This document shows, in pieces, positions 18,532 to 28,158 of a DNA stretch of 64,000 nucleotides. Numbering within the stretch: the first letter of the stretch is position 1; each line of letters starts with the position of its first letter. Made by a program: the position numbers and the translations under genes. The stretch is from an uncultured Actinomycetes bacterium (GTDB lineage Bacteria > Actinomycetota > CADDZG01 > JAHWKV01), in assembly GCA_964501265.1 (NCBI GenBank), contig CAZCSK010000003.1, positions 67,480 through 131,479 of the forward strand. Direction: 5' to 3'. The notes under the pieces were generated by a model. That model searched no databases. It saw only the letters and a list, made by a program, of their open reading frames with translations, and was not told where the DNA came from.

Positions 18532-19661
18532 TTTTTTGGGGCTACGTCGGTGAGCGCCTCGAGGATTCCGAGCACCGCACCTTCGCCGAAGCTGACGGTT
18601 TCCTCATAGCCCGCGCCGAACGGCTGAGGAAGGTAGCCCTGCCAGCTCGGAGAGATTCCCGCGAGCAAAGTGCGTCCTCCTCGGGCCTCGTCAACCGCTT
18701 TCCCGAAAGCTTGAAAGGCCTCGCCTGGAATCGATACCAGACTCACCGATCCGAGCGACCATTCGATCAGCTCGACGGTGAGGAGCGGGTCTTTCATGTC
18801 GATAAGTTCGACGAGAGGTGTCGGCGAGACCGGGACTTCGATCGTTCGCGAACTCGAAACCGCGATATGGCCTTCAAGAGGTTCACAATCTCCAAGACGC
18901 GCAAGTACCGCGGATGCGATGTCTTGCCCCAGGGCTTCAGTGTTCAAGAAGTTTCCTTCAGGTCCGGAAAGACCTTCCCATCCGCGCGGGTTCACATCTC
19001 CGAGGGCTCCCGAGAGCATGATCGTCGTGCCTCCGGCGTTCTGCTCCACGGCAGAGCGAAAGGGGCTCACCCAATCGCCGGAAACCTCTAGCCACTCCGA
19101 ACCCAACGAAACCGGATGAATAGCGAGATTGACGAGGACCCCGATGCGCGAATCGTCTGGACGCCGAATATCGAGCGCGCTGAACCAGGGGTCATACGGA
19201 TAGCCTCTCCGGTTGACGGAAAGTCCATCGGGCAATGGAGCGCGGACGAAGGAAAGTCCGGCGGGCTCCGCCGCGCCACGGGCCGCAGCAGCAGCGTCCC
19301 TGCACGCGTCGGAAAGGACATCTGCGTAGCCCTCGAGCGTTGTCCACCCCAACGCATCGCCGCCTTTCATGACATTGGGGCCATGGTGGGTGTGAGTGCA
19401 TGATGTAAGGACTGCGTCCAGCGGAATATTCAGGGCGCTCGATATGGACCGTCGCACCGGCTCCGAGAACTCAACCGACATCCCCAGCAAGTCGCAGACC
19501 ACAAGACACAGTGCGATGCCGCCCTCTTCGAGATAGAGAACGCGGACTTCAAGATCGTCGTGAACCTTGCTCGCAGGCAGGGTCCGGTCGCCGAAACCGG
19601 CGAGCATAACGGGCGTCGAGGGTGTGATGACGCTACGTCCGAAACCAGCTTTAAGACTCAT
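18528..19661 (-). CDS. Neutral/alkaline ceramidase-like amidohydrolase (N-terminal domain family)
   Basis: N-terminal ITP...MLAGFGDR...HDDLEVRVLYLE...VVCDLLG resembles the neutral ceramidase N-terminal domain; assignment tentative. Confidence 0.4.
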   Translation of the reverse strand: MSLKAGFGRSVITPSTPVMLAGFGDRTLPASKVHDDLEVRVLYLEEGGIALCLVVCDLLGMSVEFSEPVRRSISSALNIPLDAVLTSCTHTHHGPNVMKGGDALGWTTLEGYADVLSDACRDAAAAARGAAEPAGLSFVRAPLPDGLSVNRRGYPYDPWFSALDIRRPDDSRIGVLVNLAIHPVSLGSEWLEVSGDWVSPFRSAVEQNAGGTTIMLSGALGDVNPRGWEGLSGPEGNFLNTEALGQDIASAVLARLGDCEPLEGHIAVSSSRTIEVPVSPTPLVELIDMKDPLLTVELIEWSLGSVSLVSIPGEAFQAFGKAVDEARGGRTLLAGISPSWQGYLPQPFGAGYEETVSFGEGAVLGILEALTDVAPKK

Positions 19662-20638
19662 ACGTTGATCGCTACCGTGCGTTTTTCAGCGGCCGATCGA
19701 TACGCGGCGACGACGATGGCAAGGGCCGCTCGTCCGTCTTCGCCGGTCACGCCGGGCGCCAATCCTGACCCAACTGCTTGCACGAATGCCGCGCAAGGAT
19801 CGGTCACGTCGCCGGGCATCGCTATCTCCCGCGGCTCACCGGACTCGGGTCGAAGTACAAGCGGAGTCACAGAGTCGAAGTGGAGCGTCCCTTTGGATCC
19901 GAAGATCGTAAGCTGGTGATCGGGGGCCGGGAGCGCGTTCCAGGCCACATGCATGCTTCCAATCGCTCCACTCGAAAAGCGCATGATCACCTGTGCCGCC
20001 TTCTCGACCGAATTGGCCCCGGGCTGCAACACTGCCGAGACTTCCGTCACTTCGTCAGCTAGCACAGCTCTTAGAAGGTCGGCAATGTGGATTCCGAGAT
20101 CCAACAAGGCCCCTCCTCCGGACTGAAGGGGGTCGAAGAACCAGGTCGCCTCGGGAGCCCAATCTTGTGGGCCTGAGTGACCGAACGCCGCCCGTACTCC
20201 CACCAGGTCCCCAACGGATCCGGAAGCGACCTCATCGCGCATCGCAACAAACGGCGCCGCGAAGCGAACGTTGTGCGCGGTCATCAAGGTAGTTTCTGAG
20301 TCGCTCGCCGCCGAGATCATCGCATCGGCGTCATCGACAGTTGTTGCGATCGGCTTTTCAACAAGGACATGTTTGCCGGCCTTCGCTGCGGCAATCGCCA
20401 TCTCGGCATGAAGAAAGTTAGGCGTACAGATGTCGACGGCATCGATGTCCTGGAGTGTGAGCATTTCGCGCCAATCTCCGAACACCTTGCCCGAGCCCCA
20501 CTCGTCGGCGGCAGCCTGCGCAGATTCGGTTCTGCGGGAAGAGAAAGCGACGATCTCCGCGCCTGCCGCGCGGAAGGCAGGCAGGTGAAGACGACGGGCG
20601 ACTGCGCCGCACCCGATGACGCCGATGCGGACCGTCAC
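19658..20638 (-). CDS. Gfo/Idh/MocA family NAD(P)-dependent oxidoreductase
   Basis: N-terminal Rossmann motif IGVIGCGAVARRLHLPA and the EKP motif typical of the family. Confidence 0.75.
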   Translation of the reverse strand: MTVRIGVIGCGAVARRLHLPAFRAAGAEIVAFSSRRTESAQAAADEWGSGKVFGDWREMLTLQDIDAVDICTPNFLHAEMAIAAAKAGKHVLVEKPIATTVDDADAMISAASDSETTLMTAHNVRFAAPFVAMRDEVASGSVGDLVGVRAAFGHSGPQDWAPEATWFFDPLQSGGGALLDLGIHIADLLRAVLADEVTEVSAVLQPGANSVEKAAQVIMRFSSGAIGSMHVAWNALPAPDHQLTIFGSKGTLHFDSVTPLVLRPESGEPREIAMPGDVTDPCAAFVQAVGSGLAPGVTGEDGRAALAIVVAAYRSAAEKRTVAINV

Positions 20639-21905
20639 TTCAGGATGTGCCGCGCGACCTTGAGGACCGCTTCGGTGACGTCGTCGCAGTCTTCATCGGT
20701 GAAAGCCGCGCCGACGCCAACAGAAATCGACCGAGATGCGAGGTCTTCGGTACGAGGGCACATGCCCATTCGGTATTCGACATTGCTCGGATGTTCGGCG
20801 CAATTCCACGGCCCTCCCTTTCCAGATGCTGTGCGCTTCGCCAGGATCGAAGGCGTGGCGTAGACGGGTTTACCGTCGTAAATTTGGCCCGATGGGATTC
20901 CTTCCGCTAGAAGCGCCTTCACAAAGAGGCGAGCGGTCTGGGCGTCTGGAAGAAACCAGGTGATGCTTGAGGATCCGTCGCCATCAGGATCAGGGATCCT
21001 TCTTCGTTGCATTCCCGGCACTTCTCCGACCGATCCAAGGATTCTCGTCTTACGTTCTCGCATTCGCTCGAGGAGGCCGGGAAGCTTCTTGAATTGAGGT
21101 CCCGCTATCGCTCCCGCGATTTCCGTCATCCGAAAGTTCTCGCCTACGAAGGGCTCGTCGAGTTCGGCTCCTCGGGTCGACCCGTGACTCGTGACGAACT
21201 GCCCGCCTTGGTCCTGGTAACGGGCGGCGCGCAGGTACAGCTTCTCGTCGGAAGTGACAACTACACCACCTTCTCCGGTGGTCACGTTTTTTTCGAGCTG
21301 AAGCGAAAAGGTGCCGAGTTCACCGAGCGTTCCGAGCGACTTGCCGCGATAGGTCGAACCCATCGACTGAGCGGCGTCCTCCAGGATCGGAATCCCCCGG
21401 CGGTGTGCGATGTCAAGGATGGGATCCATGTCGCATGCCACGTTCTCTAGGTGCACCGGGATAACTGCCGTAGTACGTTCGCTGATCTTTGTCTCGAAGT
21501 CCGCCGGGTCAAGGCCAAGCGTCTCATCGACCTCGGCGAAGACCGGCACTGCTCCGGCAACAACCACGGCGTTCACTGTAGCGATGAAGGTGAATGCAGG
21601 AACGATGACCTCGTCGCCGCAGCCCACCCCAAGCGCCGCCAAGGCGGTGCGCAGAGCAGCGGTTCCGCTCGATGTTGCTACTGCAAACCCGGCTCCCAGC
21701 GTCGCACAAACCGACTTCTCGAAGGCGGCTACTTTTCCCAGGAGATTGGGCCCGTAATAACGGAAAAGCGAGCGGCTCTCGAGCACTTCGAGCACTTCGG
21801 CGCGCTCCTCATCGCCGAGCAGGGCGACGCCCTTTCCAAGAGGCAGCGGATCAAGACGCACAGGCTGGCCGCCGTCTACGGCCAGTCGCTCCGCGGTCTG
21901 CATCC
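20635..21905 (-). CDS. DegT/DnrJ/EryC1/StrS family PLP-dependent sugar aminotransferase
   Basis: Motifs ATSSGTAAL...DEVIVPAFTF and a conserved active-site Lys region. ORF-track N-terminal extension to 22233 rejected (it overlaps the SBP gene); start placed at MQTAERL. Confidence 0.7.
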
Positions 21906-21929
21906 GGATATTTTGTGGCTCGGGCGTTG

Positions 21930-23519
21930 CTATTTGAACCCGAGGTCTTCGCATCCGCCGTTGTTCGGTCCGAAGACTCGGTAATAGCAAGGGTATTTGG
22001 GGAAGAGGTACCTCGCTTCGGCCGTCGACCAGTCGGCCACTGTCCAGTGGCTGAAGCCCCGGGTCTTGTAGGGCCCGCCCGCCGGGAACTTGTACTCCAT
22101 TGGCACGTGCGCGTCCCAGAAGAAATCGTTGCGGATCATATCGGCACCGAGCATGAATGAGTTGGCGTCGAGCACACCGGTCCTCTTGTAGCCTCGGTTC
22201 ATGATTTCCGAGGTCGAAAGGATTCCCGTGCACGCAATGAGAACCGCCGCCGACTCGCTCTGTCCGTCATTCCCGTTGTAGGACTCGTAGATCTTCTTGC
22301 AGTTTTGAAACTTGGGGTGACCGGGAACCCTTGTCGATAGTCCGATGGCGTTCTCCCATTGCACCTGATCCATTAGCTTCGAAATATTGTCGTCGTCGCT
22401 TAGAGCGGTGCGGGAAGTCCAAGTCCACTTTGGAAAATAATTGTTCTGTGTGGCGGCATCGGTCATAAAAATGAGCCCGATGGTGTTGCCGGCCATGAAC
22501 CAAACCTGCCCGCACCCTTTGTTCTTGGCACGGACGACGATGGTGTTGGACTGCGATTGCGCGGTTTCGAGTTTGTCCTCGAAAACCATGATGTCCCCAA
22601 ATTCCAGACCGTACTTTTTCATCTTGCTTACGAGGATTTGCTGGGGAATGTCCCAGTTGCCGCTGGCTCCGGTTTCTATCCGGATGAGGCACGGCAGGTT
22701 GCCGGGAGCAACTTGGCTTACATATTTGGTAGTACCAGTTTGCAGGTAATTCTTCCCGAAGCTCGCCCACGCCTCCAGCGTTGGGTCGGCGGGGGCGAAA
22801 AGCGCAAGCCCGTTTGGCCCAGACTTTTCGAGCGAAGCGGGGTCGTCGCGCCCGCCCCAAACCGGGACCTTGCGCGAGATGACGTAATCGGATGCGATGT
22901 CGAGACCAGGGATGGCAAGGAAAACTTTCTCTTCGTCGGCCATCTTGATTGCTGCAGCGACGTTTTTTTCAGGGCAGCCCGAACCTCCGTCATCGAAAAT
23001 CATGGCCTTATAGGTTCGGCCCCCGGCAACCCCTCCTTTGTCGTTCACATAACGCGCGAACGTTTCGATTGCCTTTTTTATGTCTCCGGCCTGATTGGCG
23101 AACATCGCCTCGAGAACTCCTGCGTCGCCACAGGCAGCCACGTTGTAAGAGATCCCCACTTTGACTTCCTTCGCAGTGATCCCTTGAGTTTTTAGTCCGA
23201 AGTCCAGCGCCCCGCCGCTCGTGGTTCCCCCACCCGTACCCGCGCCCCCGATTCTCTTAACGGTAGGACCGCCGGATACTCCCGGGATGGGCGAGCCATC
23301 AATAGTGCCTGGCGCCGTGGCCTCCCCTAGCGAAGGATCGGACGCGTTGCCTTGTTCACCCGTGGCGTTTGGGCCGGTAGTGATCTTGTCGGAATTCGGT
23401 CCGCGTGCCCCAAAGGACGCTATCGCGGTGATGATCAGCACCCCCGAGGCGATCAAGAGGCCTCGAACCCATGCTTGCGTTTTGAGGAGCTCGTTGAACG
23501 CTTTGAGTCGACCCATCAT
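21930..23519 (-). CDS. Liv-type (Peripla_BP_6) ABC substrate-binding protein with N-terminal membrane anchor
   Basis: N-terminal TM/signal segment, G/T-rich linker, then ITAKEVKVGISY... typical of LivK/amide-urea family SBPs. 529 aa. Confidence 0.6.
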   Translation of the reverse strand: MMGRLKAFNELLKTQAWVRGLLIASGVLIITAIASFGARGPNSDKITTGPNATGEQGNASDPSLGEATAPGTIDGSPIPGVSGGPTVKRIGGAGTGGGTTSGGALDFGLKTQGITAKEVKVGISYNVAACGDAGVLEAMFANQAGDIKKAIETFARYVNDKGGVAGGRTYKAMIFDDGGSGCPEKNVAAAIKMADEEKVFLAIPGLDIASDYVISRKVPVWGGRDDPASLEKSGPNGLALFAPADPTLEAWASFGKNYLQTGTTKYVSQVAPGNLPCLIRIETGASGNWDIPQQILVSKMKKYGLEFGDIMVFEDKLETAQSQSNTIVVRAKNKGCGQVWFMAGNTIGLIFMTDAATQNNYFPKWTWTSRTALSDDDNISKLMDQVQWENAIGLSTRVPGHPKFQNCKKIYESYNGNDGQSESAAVLIACTGILSTSEIMNRGYKRTGVLDANSFMLGADMIRNDFFWDAHVPMEYKFPAGGPYKTRGFSHWTVADWSTAEARYLFPKYPCYYRVFGPNNGGCEDLGFK

Positions 23520-23521
23520 CT

Positions 23522-24334
23522 TTATTCCCCTCCCACAGACATAGACATATTACTCGCCTTGAGACGCTCGGAATTGCCCTCGTATGCTGGGACGATCGTG
23601 TCAAGATTCGAGACGAGATGTAGAAGGCCCCACGGTGCGGCCGACTTGGCGTGCTCGGGCGCGCGTGTGGTTTCGACTTGCAATCCTTTGAGGCCAGCGC
23701 GAACGAGATCTACTATTCGCGGGTAATCGCGAGCAATGCCCCCGCCTAATACAACGATTGATCCAACGGTAGCGAGTGGCTCTCGATGGATCGCCTCGGC
23801 GATGGCCGAAGCCGCCGCAACGATGGAAGCGCTATCGATTGGTTTGGGCAGAGCCCATCCTGCAGCGACGGTCTCGAGACAACCCCGGCCCCCGCACGGG
23901 CAAACGGTAGACCCAAATCCCCCCATATGACCGAAAAGATTTTCCGCGATCAATTCTCCATCCTCGACCACCGCACCGCCGATGCCGGTCCCAAGGCCCA
24001 AGTAGATCAGACGACCCAACACCTCGGCCCCGCGCAGGCGCGCTTCCCCAAGCGCCGCGGCGCCGGCGTCGTTGACGACGATACAAGCGGGCCCCTCGAG
24101 GCCCAGCTTCTCGACGGGGTCGATGTCGGTCCACCCGAGGTTGGACGCTTCCAGGACACGGCCGTCTTCAATCAAGCCGGGGACCGCTATAGCAAGCTCA
24201 TGGCAAGTCGGACGGTGGGCGGCATCAACAAAGCTATGGGAGCCATCGGCCCTGAAAAGGACAGTCTGGATGCTACTTGCGCCGACCTCCACGCAGGCTA
24301 CGGATCGGTTCAAGACGCGATCACCTTTCCCCAT
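23522..24334 (-). CDS. ROK-family sugar kinase (no HTH domain)
   Basis: ROK motifs VACVEVGASS (ATP-binding beta-hairpin) and the C-x-C-G-x-x-G-C zinc motif (CPCGGRGC). Start uncertain: no strong RBS at 24334. Confidence 0.55.
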   Translation of the reverse strand: MGKGDRVLNRSVACVEVGASSIQTVLFRADGSHSFVDAAHRPTCHELAIAVPGLIEDGRVLEASNLGWTDIDPVEKLGLEGPACIVVNDAGAAALGEARLRGAEVLGRLIYLGLGTGIGGAVVEDGELIAENLFGHMGGFGSTVCPCGGRGCLETVAAGWALPKPIDSASIVAAASAIAEAIHREPLATVGSIVVLGGGIARDYPRIVDLVRAGLKGLQVETTRAPEHAKSAAPWGLLHLVSNLDTIVPAYEGNSERLKASNMSMSVGGE

Positions 24335-24361
24335 GTCAAGATAGCGAATGTGAATGCAAAG

Positions 24362-24375
24362 TATACATACAAATC
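24362..24375. promoter_or_regulatory. TATACATACAAATC motif in the divergent ROK-kinase/nagA promoter region
   Basis: Identical 14-mer to 7067-7080. Located between divergent starts (24334 minus, 24421 plus). Confidence 0.25.
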
Positions 24376-24420
24376 TCGGAAGGTTGCGCAGACTTGGGCG
24401 CCGGATACACTGCCCCAACG

Positions 24421-25638
24421 ATGACCAGCACCGTCCTTGCAGCGACGAGGGTCCTCGGCCCCCCAAAAGGGGACTTGCACCCGAAAGGGGACTTGCACCC
24501 GAAAGGGGACTTGCACCCGAAAGGGGACTTGCACCCGAAAGGGGATTTGGCGGCCGAAACCGATGGTCGTCCTACCGCCGAAGGTCGGTGGATAGCGATC
24601 GAGGATGGTCGGATCACCCAGGTGGGGCTCGGAACGCGGCCGCGGGGCGCCGAAGAACTCTCCGGATTCCTTACTCCCGGGTTCATCGACCTGCAGGTAA
24701 ACGGGATCGGCGACGTGGACTTTGCCGACGCGACCACCCAGGATTGGCAGCGAGCGAAAATGGAATTGCTGTCCCATGGGGTCACCGGCTTTCTTCCGAC
24801 GCTGACTTCGGGCCCACTCGATTCATATTCCGAAAAACTGACCGCTATTGGAGGAGCCAAGCGCGTAAATGTGGGGGCTACTGTTCTGGGCGCGCACCTC
24901 GAAGGGCCTTTCCTGGGAGGCGCTCCAGGCGCGCACACCAAAGAGTTCCTGCGCGCTGCCGACCCCGACTGGCTTGCTGGACTATTGAAAACATTCCCGG
25001 ACCTGATTGCCTTGATGACTCTGTCCCCTGAAGCCGATACGAACTTGCAAGCCACCCGGTTGCTGGCACGGTCAGGCGTGGTAGTTGCGCTCGGACACTC
25101 GACCGCGACTTACGATGAAGCGCGCGCCGCGGTCGACGCGGGCGCCGTGATGGTCACTCATCTCTTCAACGCAATGTCCCCCCTTGCCCATCGCGACCCC
25201 GGGCTGGTCGGCGCAGCGCTCGACGACGACAGGCTCACGCCCACTCTCATCGCGGATCTCGTGCACGTACATCCGGCCGCGCTCCGGCTAGCCATCCAAC
25301 GCAAAGAGAATGTTGTAATTGTTAGCGACTCCATCGGGCCGGATTCCAAGCTGGCGCTAAGCCTTGGGGTGCGCGTTGTCGGAGGCGCTCCAAGACTGTC
25401 CGACGGAACTCTCGCCGGATCGGTGCTCACGCTCGATGTCGCGATCGCAAATCTCGTTCGCATCGGTATCTCACTTGAGCGCGCAGTTGAAATGGCCTCG
25501 GCCATTCCGGCCGCGATCCTGGGCCTGACCGACAGGGGGGCGATTGAGCCTGGTCGACGCGCCGATCTCGTGCTGCTCGAGCCCGAGTCTCTGCGAGTCC
25601 TGAAGGTTTGGGTCGAGGGGCAACTCGTTCATGGCTGA
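24421..25638 (+). CDS. nagA: N-acetylglucosamine-6-phosphate deacetylase carrying an in-frame (PKGDLH)x5 repeat insertion near the N-terminus
   Basis: NagA motifs GFIDLQVNG, HLEGPFL, GHS(T)A and HLFNAM. N-terminal beta-strand VLAATRVL aligns to E. coli LTQGRIF. An 18-bp tandem repeat sits between strands 1 and 2. Confidence 0.75.
   Translation: MTSTVLAATRVLGPPKGDLHPKGDLHPKGDLHPKGDLHPKGDLAAETDGRPTAEGRWIAIEDGRITQVGLGTRPRGAEELSGFLTPGFIDLQVNGIGDVDFADATTQDWQRAKMELLSHGVTGFLPTLTSGPLDSYSEKLTAIGGAKRVNVGATVLGAHLEGPFLGGAPGAHTKEFLRAADPDWLAGLLKTFPDLIALMTLSPEADTNLQATRLLARSGVVVALGHSTATYDEARAAVDAGAVMVTHLFNAMSPLAHRDPGLVGAALDDDRLTPTLIADLVHVHPAALRLAIQRKENVVIVSDSIGPDSKLALSLGVRVVGGAPRLSDGTLAGSVLTLDVAIANLVRIGISLERAVEMASAIPAAILGLTDRGAIEPGRRADLVLLEPESLRVLKVWVEGQLVHG
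24462..24551 (+). repeat. 18-bp tandem repeat x5 (cccgaaaggggacttgca; three perfect central copies) encoding PKGDLH hexapeptide repeats inside nagA
   Basis: Direct reading of sequence 24462-24551. Each unit contains CCC-GAAA-GGG (GNRA-tetraloop-like mini-hairpin). Confidence 0.85.
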
Positions 25639-26944
25639 CCTGCCCGGGGGATCCGGCCCGAACGGACAGCCCTGGCTCGGCGCTGTGGAGGGCTACTACG
25701 GGCCTCCCCTCAAACCGGCCGATCGCCTCGAACTGATCGCATGGCTGGCCCATCACGGATACAACTGCTACGCCTACGGGCCCAAAGACGATCCTTTCCA
25801 CCGCGATAGCTGGAGGGAGCCATACCCAATTGAGCGCGAGTCGGAGATCAAGGAGCTGATAGCGACGGGTGCGCGAGTCGGCACCGAGGTGGCGATGGGC
25901 ATTTCGCCGGGCCTTGACTGGAAGGGCGGCGACGAAACGCCATTGGTCGCCAAGCTCGCCCGCTTCCGCGAACTCGGCGCGAAAGTGCTAGCAGTCGCCT
26001 GGGACGACGTTCCACCCGGAGGTGCCGAACTGGGGGCCGCTCACGGTTCGGCGGTTGCGCACGCAGTAAAGGAGGTCGGTGACGACCTCTTATGGTTCAC
26101 CGTCCCGACCGATTACGCCACCGCCCATGCGACAGATTACTTAAAGGCATTCGTCGACCGACTGCCCATGGAAGTCGAGGTGGCGTGGACCGGCCCCAGT
26201 ATTGTGAGCCCTCGTGTTACCGGAGCCGACGCGGCCCGTCTCGCAGCGCAGTTAGGTCGCAAGCTTCTCTTCGCCGAAAACTTTCCGGTGAATGACGGTG
26301 CCATGGGCGGAGTGCTCCACCTCGGCCCATACCCCGATCGCTCGCCCGATCTGGTGAACGAAACGACGGGTGTCTTCTGCAACTTCATGTCGTTACCAAG
26401 AGCGAGCAGAGTGGGGCTGTCGGTCGCAGCTCGCTTCTGGAAGGAGCCTCACGTAGATCGAGAAGCAGCATGGCTCGAAGCACTTAGCGATTTTTCAGGA
26501 CTCGAGCCCCTGGCTCGCGCAAGCCGGAGTTGGATCGACTCCCCCGGCCCCGACGCGGAGTTGTCGTCGTGGGCGGAGTCGGTGGTCGACGGAGACGACC
26601 GGCTCGGCTCCTATCTACAAGCCGGCTGCAGAGACCAATTGGATCCATTGCTCGCGGCGGAAGTTGAACCGTGGCTCGACCAGTGGGACCGTGAATCTCA
26701 CGCGATGCAGGCCGCCATCGCGATGCTTTCGCATCCGCATCCCCGACCGGTCGAGCTTTCCTTCCTCACTGCGACGCTCTGGGATCTCGCCCGACACGCG
26801 CGGCAACAGTTGTTCGGAATTCGATGGGCTTACTACCCGGTGACCGCTCGCGTCGGTGATCAACTCGTCGCAACACCGGAAGCGCTGGTGCGTGGCGAGA
26901 ATCTTACCGATCGCCTTTGCGCGCAAGCACTTTCAAAGAGTTAG
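25631..26944 (+). CDS. GH84-family beta-N-acetylglucosaminidase (O-GlcNAcase/NagJ-like)
   Basis: N-terminal GAVEGYYGPP...YAYGPKDDPFHR and catalytic Asp-Asp in LAVAWDDV match GH84. Start overlaps the nagA stop by 8 nt. Confidence 0.65.
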   Translation: MADLPGGSGPNGQPWLGAVEGYYGPPLKPADRLELIAWLAHHGYNCYAYGPKDDPFHRDSWREPYPIERESEIKELIATGARVGTEVAMGISPGLDWKGGDETPLVAKLARFRELGAKVLAVAWDDVPPGGAELGAAHGSAVAHAVKEVGDDLLWFTVPTDYATAHATDYLKAFVDRLPMEVEVAWTGPSIVSPRVTGADAARLAAQLGRKLLFAENFPVNDGAMGGVLHLGPYPDRSPDLVNETTGVFCNFMSLPRASRVGLSVAARFWKEPHVDREAAWLEALSDFSGLEPLARASRSWIDSPGPDAELSSWAESVVDGDDRLGSYLQAGCRDQLDPLLAAEVEPWLDQWDRESHAMQAAIAMLSHPHPRPVELSFLTATLWDLARHARQQLFGIRWAYYPVTARVGDQLVATPEALVRGENLTDRLCAQALSKS

Positions 26945-28158
26945 ATCGAGAGGTGGAAAGTCTCCGAGAGCACGAGTCCTGCGGCCCCAAGGAGGCCGGC
27001 GCGCTGGTCGAGTTCTGAGAGAACAACCTCGACGTAATCGCGGAGGTTTACAAGAACTCGTTCCTTTGTCTTTCGATCGATCAGCGCACGCAACGTCTCT
27101 CCCCCGCCAACCGCATCCCCATGGATTATGAAAAGGCCCGGATTGAGAATTTGAGTGAGGTTGGCAAGACCGATCGCCAAGTGGTCCGCATACTCCTCGA
27201 GCAAACCCGCAGCCTCAGTGGAACTCTCGGCCTGGCCTACCAGCGCCCGAGCATCGAGGCTCTCGGCGTCGCTCAATGCCCGACGCGCTGCCTCAGCGCG
27301 CAACCACCGCAGAGTCGCGATTGTTTCCCAACAGCCCTTCAGTCCGCAACGACACATCTCGCCGTCAGGAACGACAGCGCAGTGCCCGGCCTCGCCGGCC
27401 TCTCCCTGTCGCCCGCGATAGATCGTGCCCCCGACAACCATCCCCACGCCGATGCCGTGACCGGTTTGAATCGAAGCGAACGTTGAAATGCCGCGTCCTT
27501 TGCCGAACCACTTCTCCCCCAACGCTTGCGCACGGGAGTCGTTGTCGAGCAAGACGGGTAATCGGAATTTCGCGGCGATGCTGTCGCTGAGCGTGGTACC
27601 GGCAAGGCCCGGAACCTGGCCGGATCCCACGATCCTGCCGGAAGATGTGTCACAAACCCCCGGAACCGCGATCCCGATACCGAGGAGTTCATCGGCCGAA
27701 CTGGGAATGATTTTTTCAAGGCCCCGAGAGATGGCTTCTATCGCGGAAGTGCCGTCCGGATCGGTAGGGTCAAACTCACCCTCGACTTCTTCCAGGAAGT
27801 CGCCGCGCGCGTTAACTAATGCCGCCTGAAATGTTCCCTCGGCTATAGCAACCGCTCCAGTGAGCCCCGCCCTTTCACCGAACCAGAGCGGACGCCCGCG
27901 CTTGCCAACTTGACCCGTGCTTTCGCGAGGCTCTCCTTCCTCTATTAACCCTGCCTCAAGAAGCACAGCGACGATGTTGCCTATGGTCGCCCGCGTAACA
28001 TGGGCCATCTTTGCGAGCTCGGCGCGAGACAGGGGGCCGTGGTCGCAGAATGCCTGCATCACCCGCGAACGGTTCACGTCGCCAATCTTGCTCGGTGTTA
28101 GCAGCCGACCGTTGAATGTGCGGGTTGGTTGCGCGGGTCTTTCGCCGGAGGTCTTCAT
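26941..28158 (-). CDS. ROK-family transcriptional regulator (NagC/XylR-like; N-terminal wHTH + ROK sugar-binding domain)
   Basis: HTH: RSRVMQAFCDHGPLSRAELAKMAHVTRATIGNIVAVLLEAGLI. ROK zinc motif CRCGLKGCWE. Confidence 0.7.
   Translation of the reverse strand: MKTSGERPAQPTRTFNGRLLTPSKIGDVNRSRVMQAFCDHGPLSRAELAKMAHVTRATIGNIVAVLLEAGLIEEGEPRESTGQVGKRGRPLWFGERAGLTGAVAIAEGTFQAALVNARGDFLEEVEGEFDPTDPDGTSAIEAISRGLEKIIPSSADELLGIGIAVPGVCDTSSGRIVGSGQVPGLAGTTLSDSIAAKFRLPVLLDNDSRAQALGEKWFGKGRGISTFASIQTGHGIGVGMVVGGTIYRGRQGEAGEAGHCAVVPDGEMCRCGLKGCWETIATLRWLRAEAARRALSDAESLDARALVGQAESSTEAAGLLEEYADHLAIGLANLTQILNPGLFIIHGDAVGGGETLRALIDRKTKERVLVNLRDYVEVVLSELDQRAGLLGAAGLVLSETFHLSI

Noticed and set aside
20635-22233. 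ORF-track 532-aa version of the DegT aminotransferase with a 110-aa N-terminal extension
   Set aside because: The extension is Arg/Pro-rich, overlaps the upstream SBP gene on the same strand, and the conserved DegT fold begins at MQTAERL (start 21905).
24462-24551. PKGDLH repeats as a separate collagen-like/repeat protein or a CRISPR-like array
   Set aside because: Units are 18 bp without spacers, are in-frame within nagA and flanked by conserved NagA sequence. Not a CRISPR array and not an independent gene.
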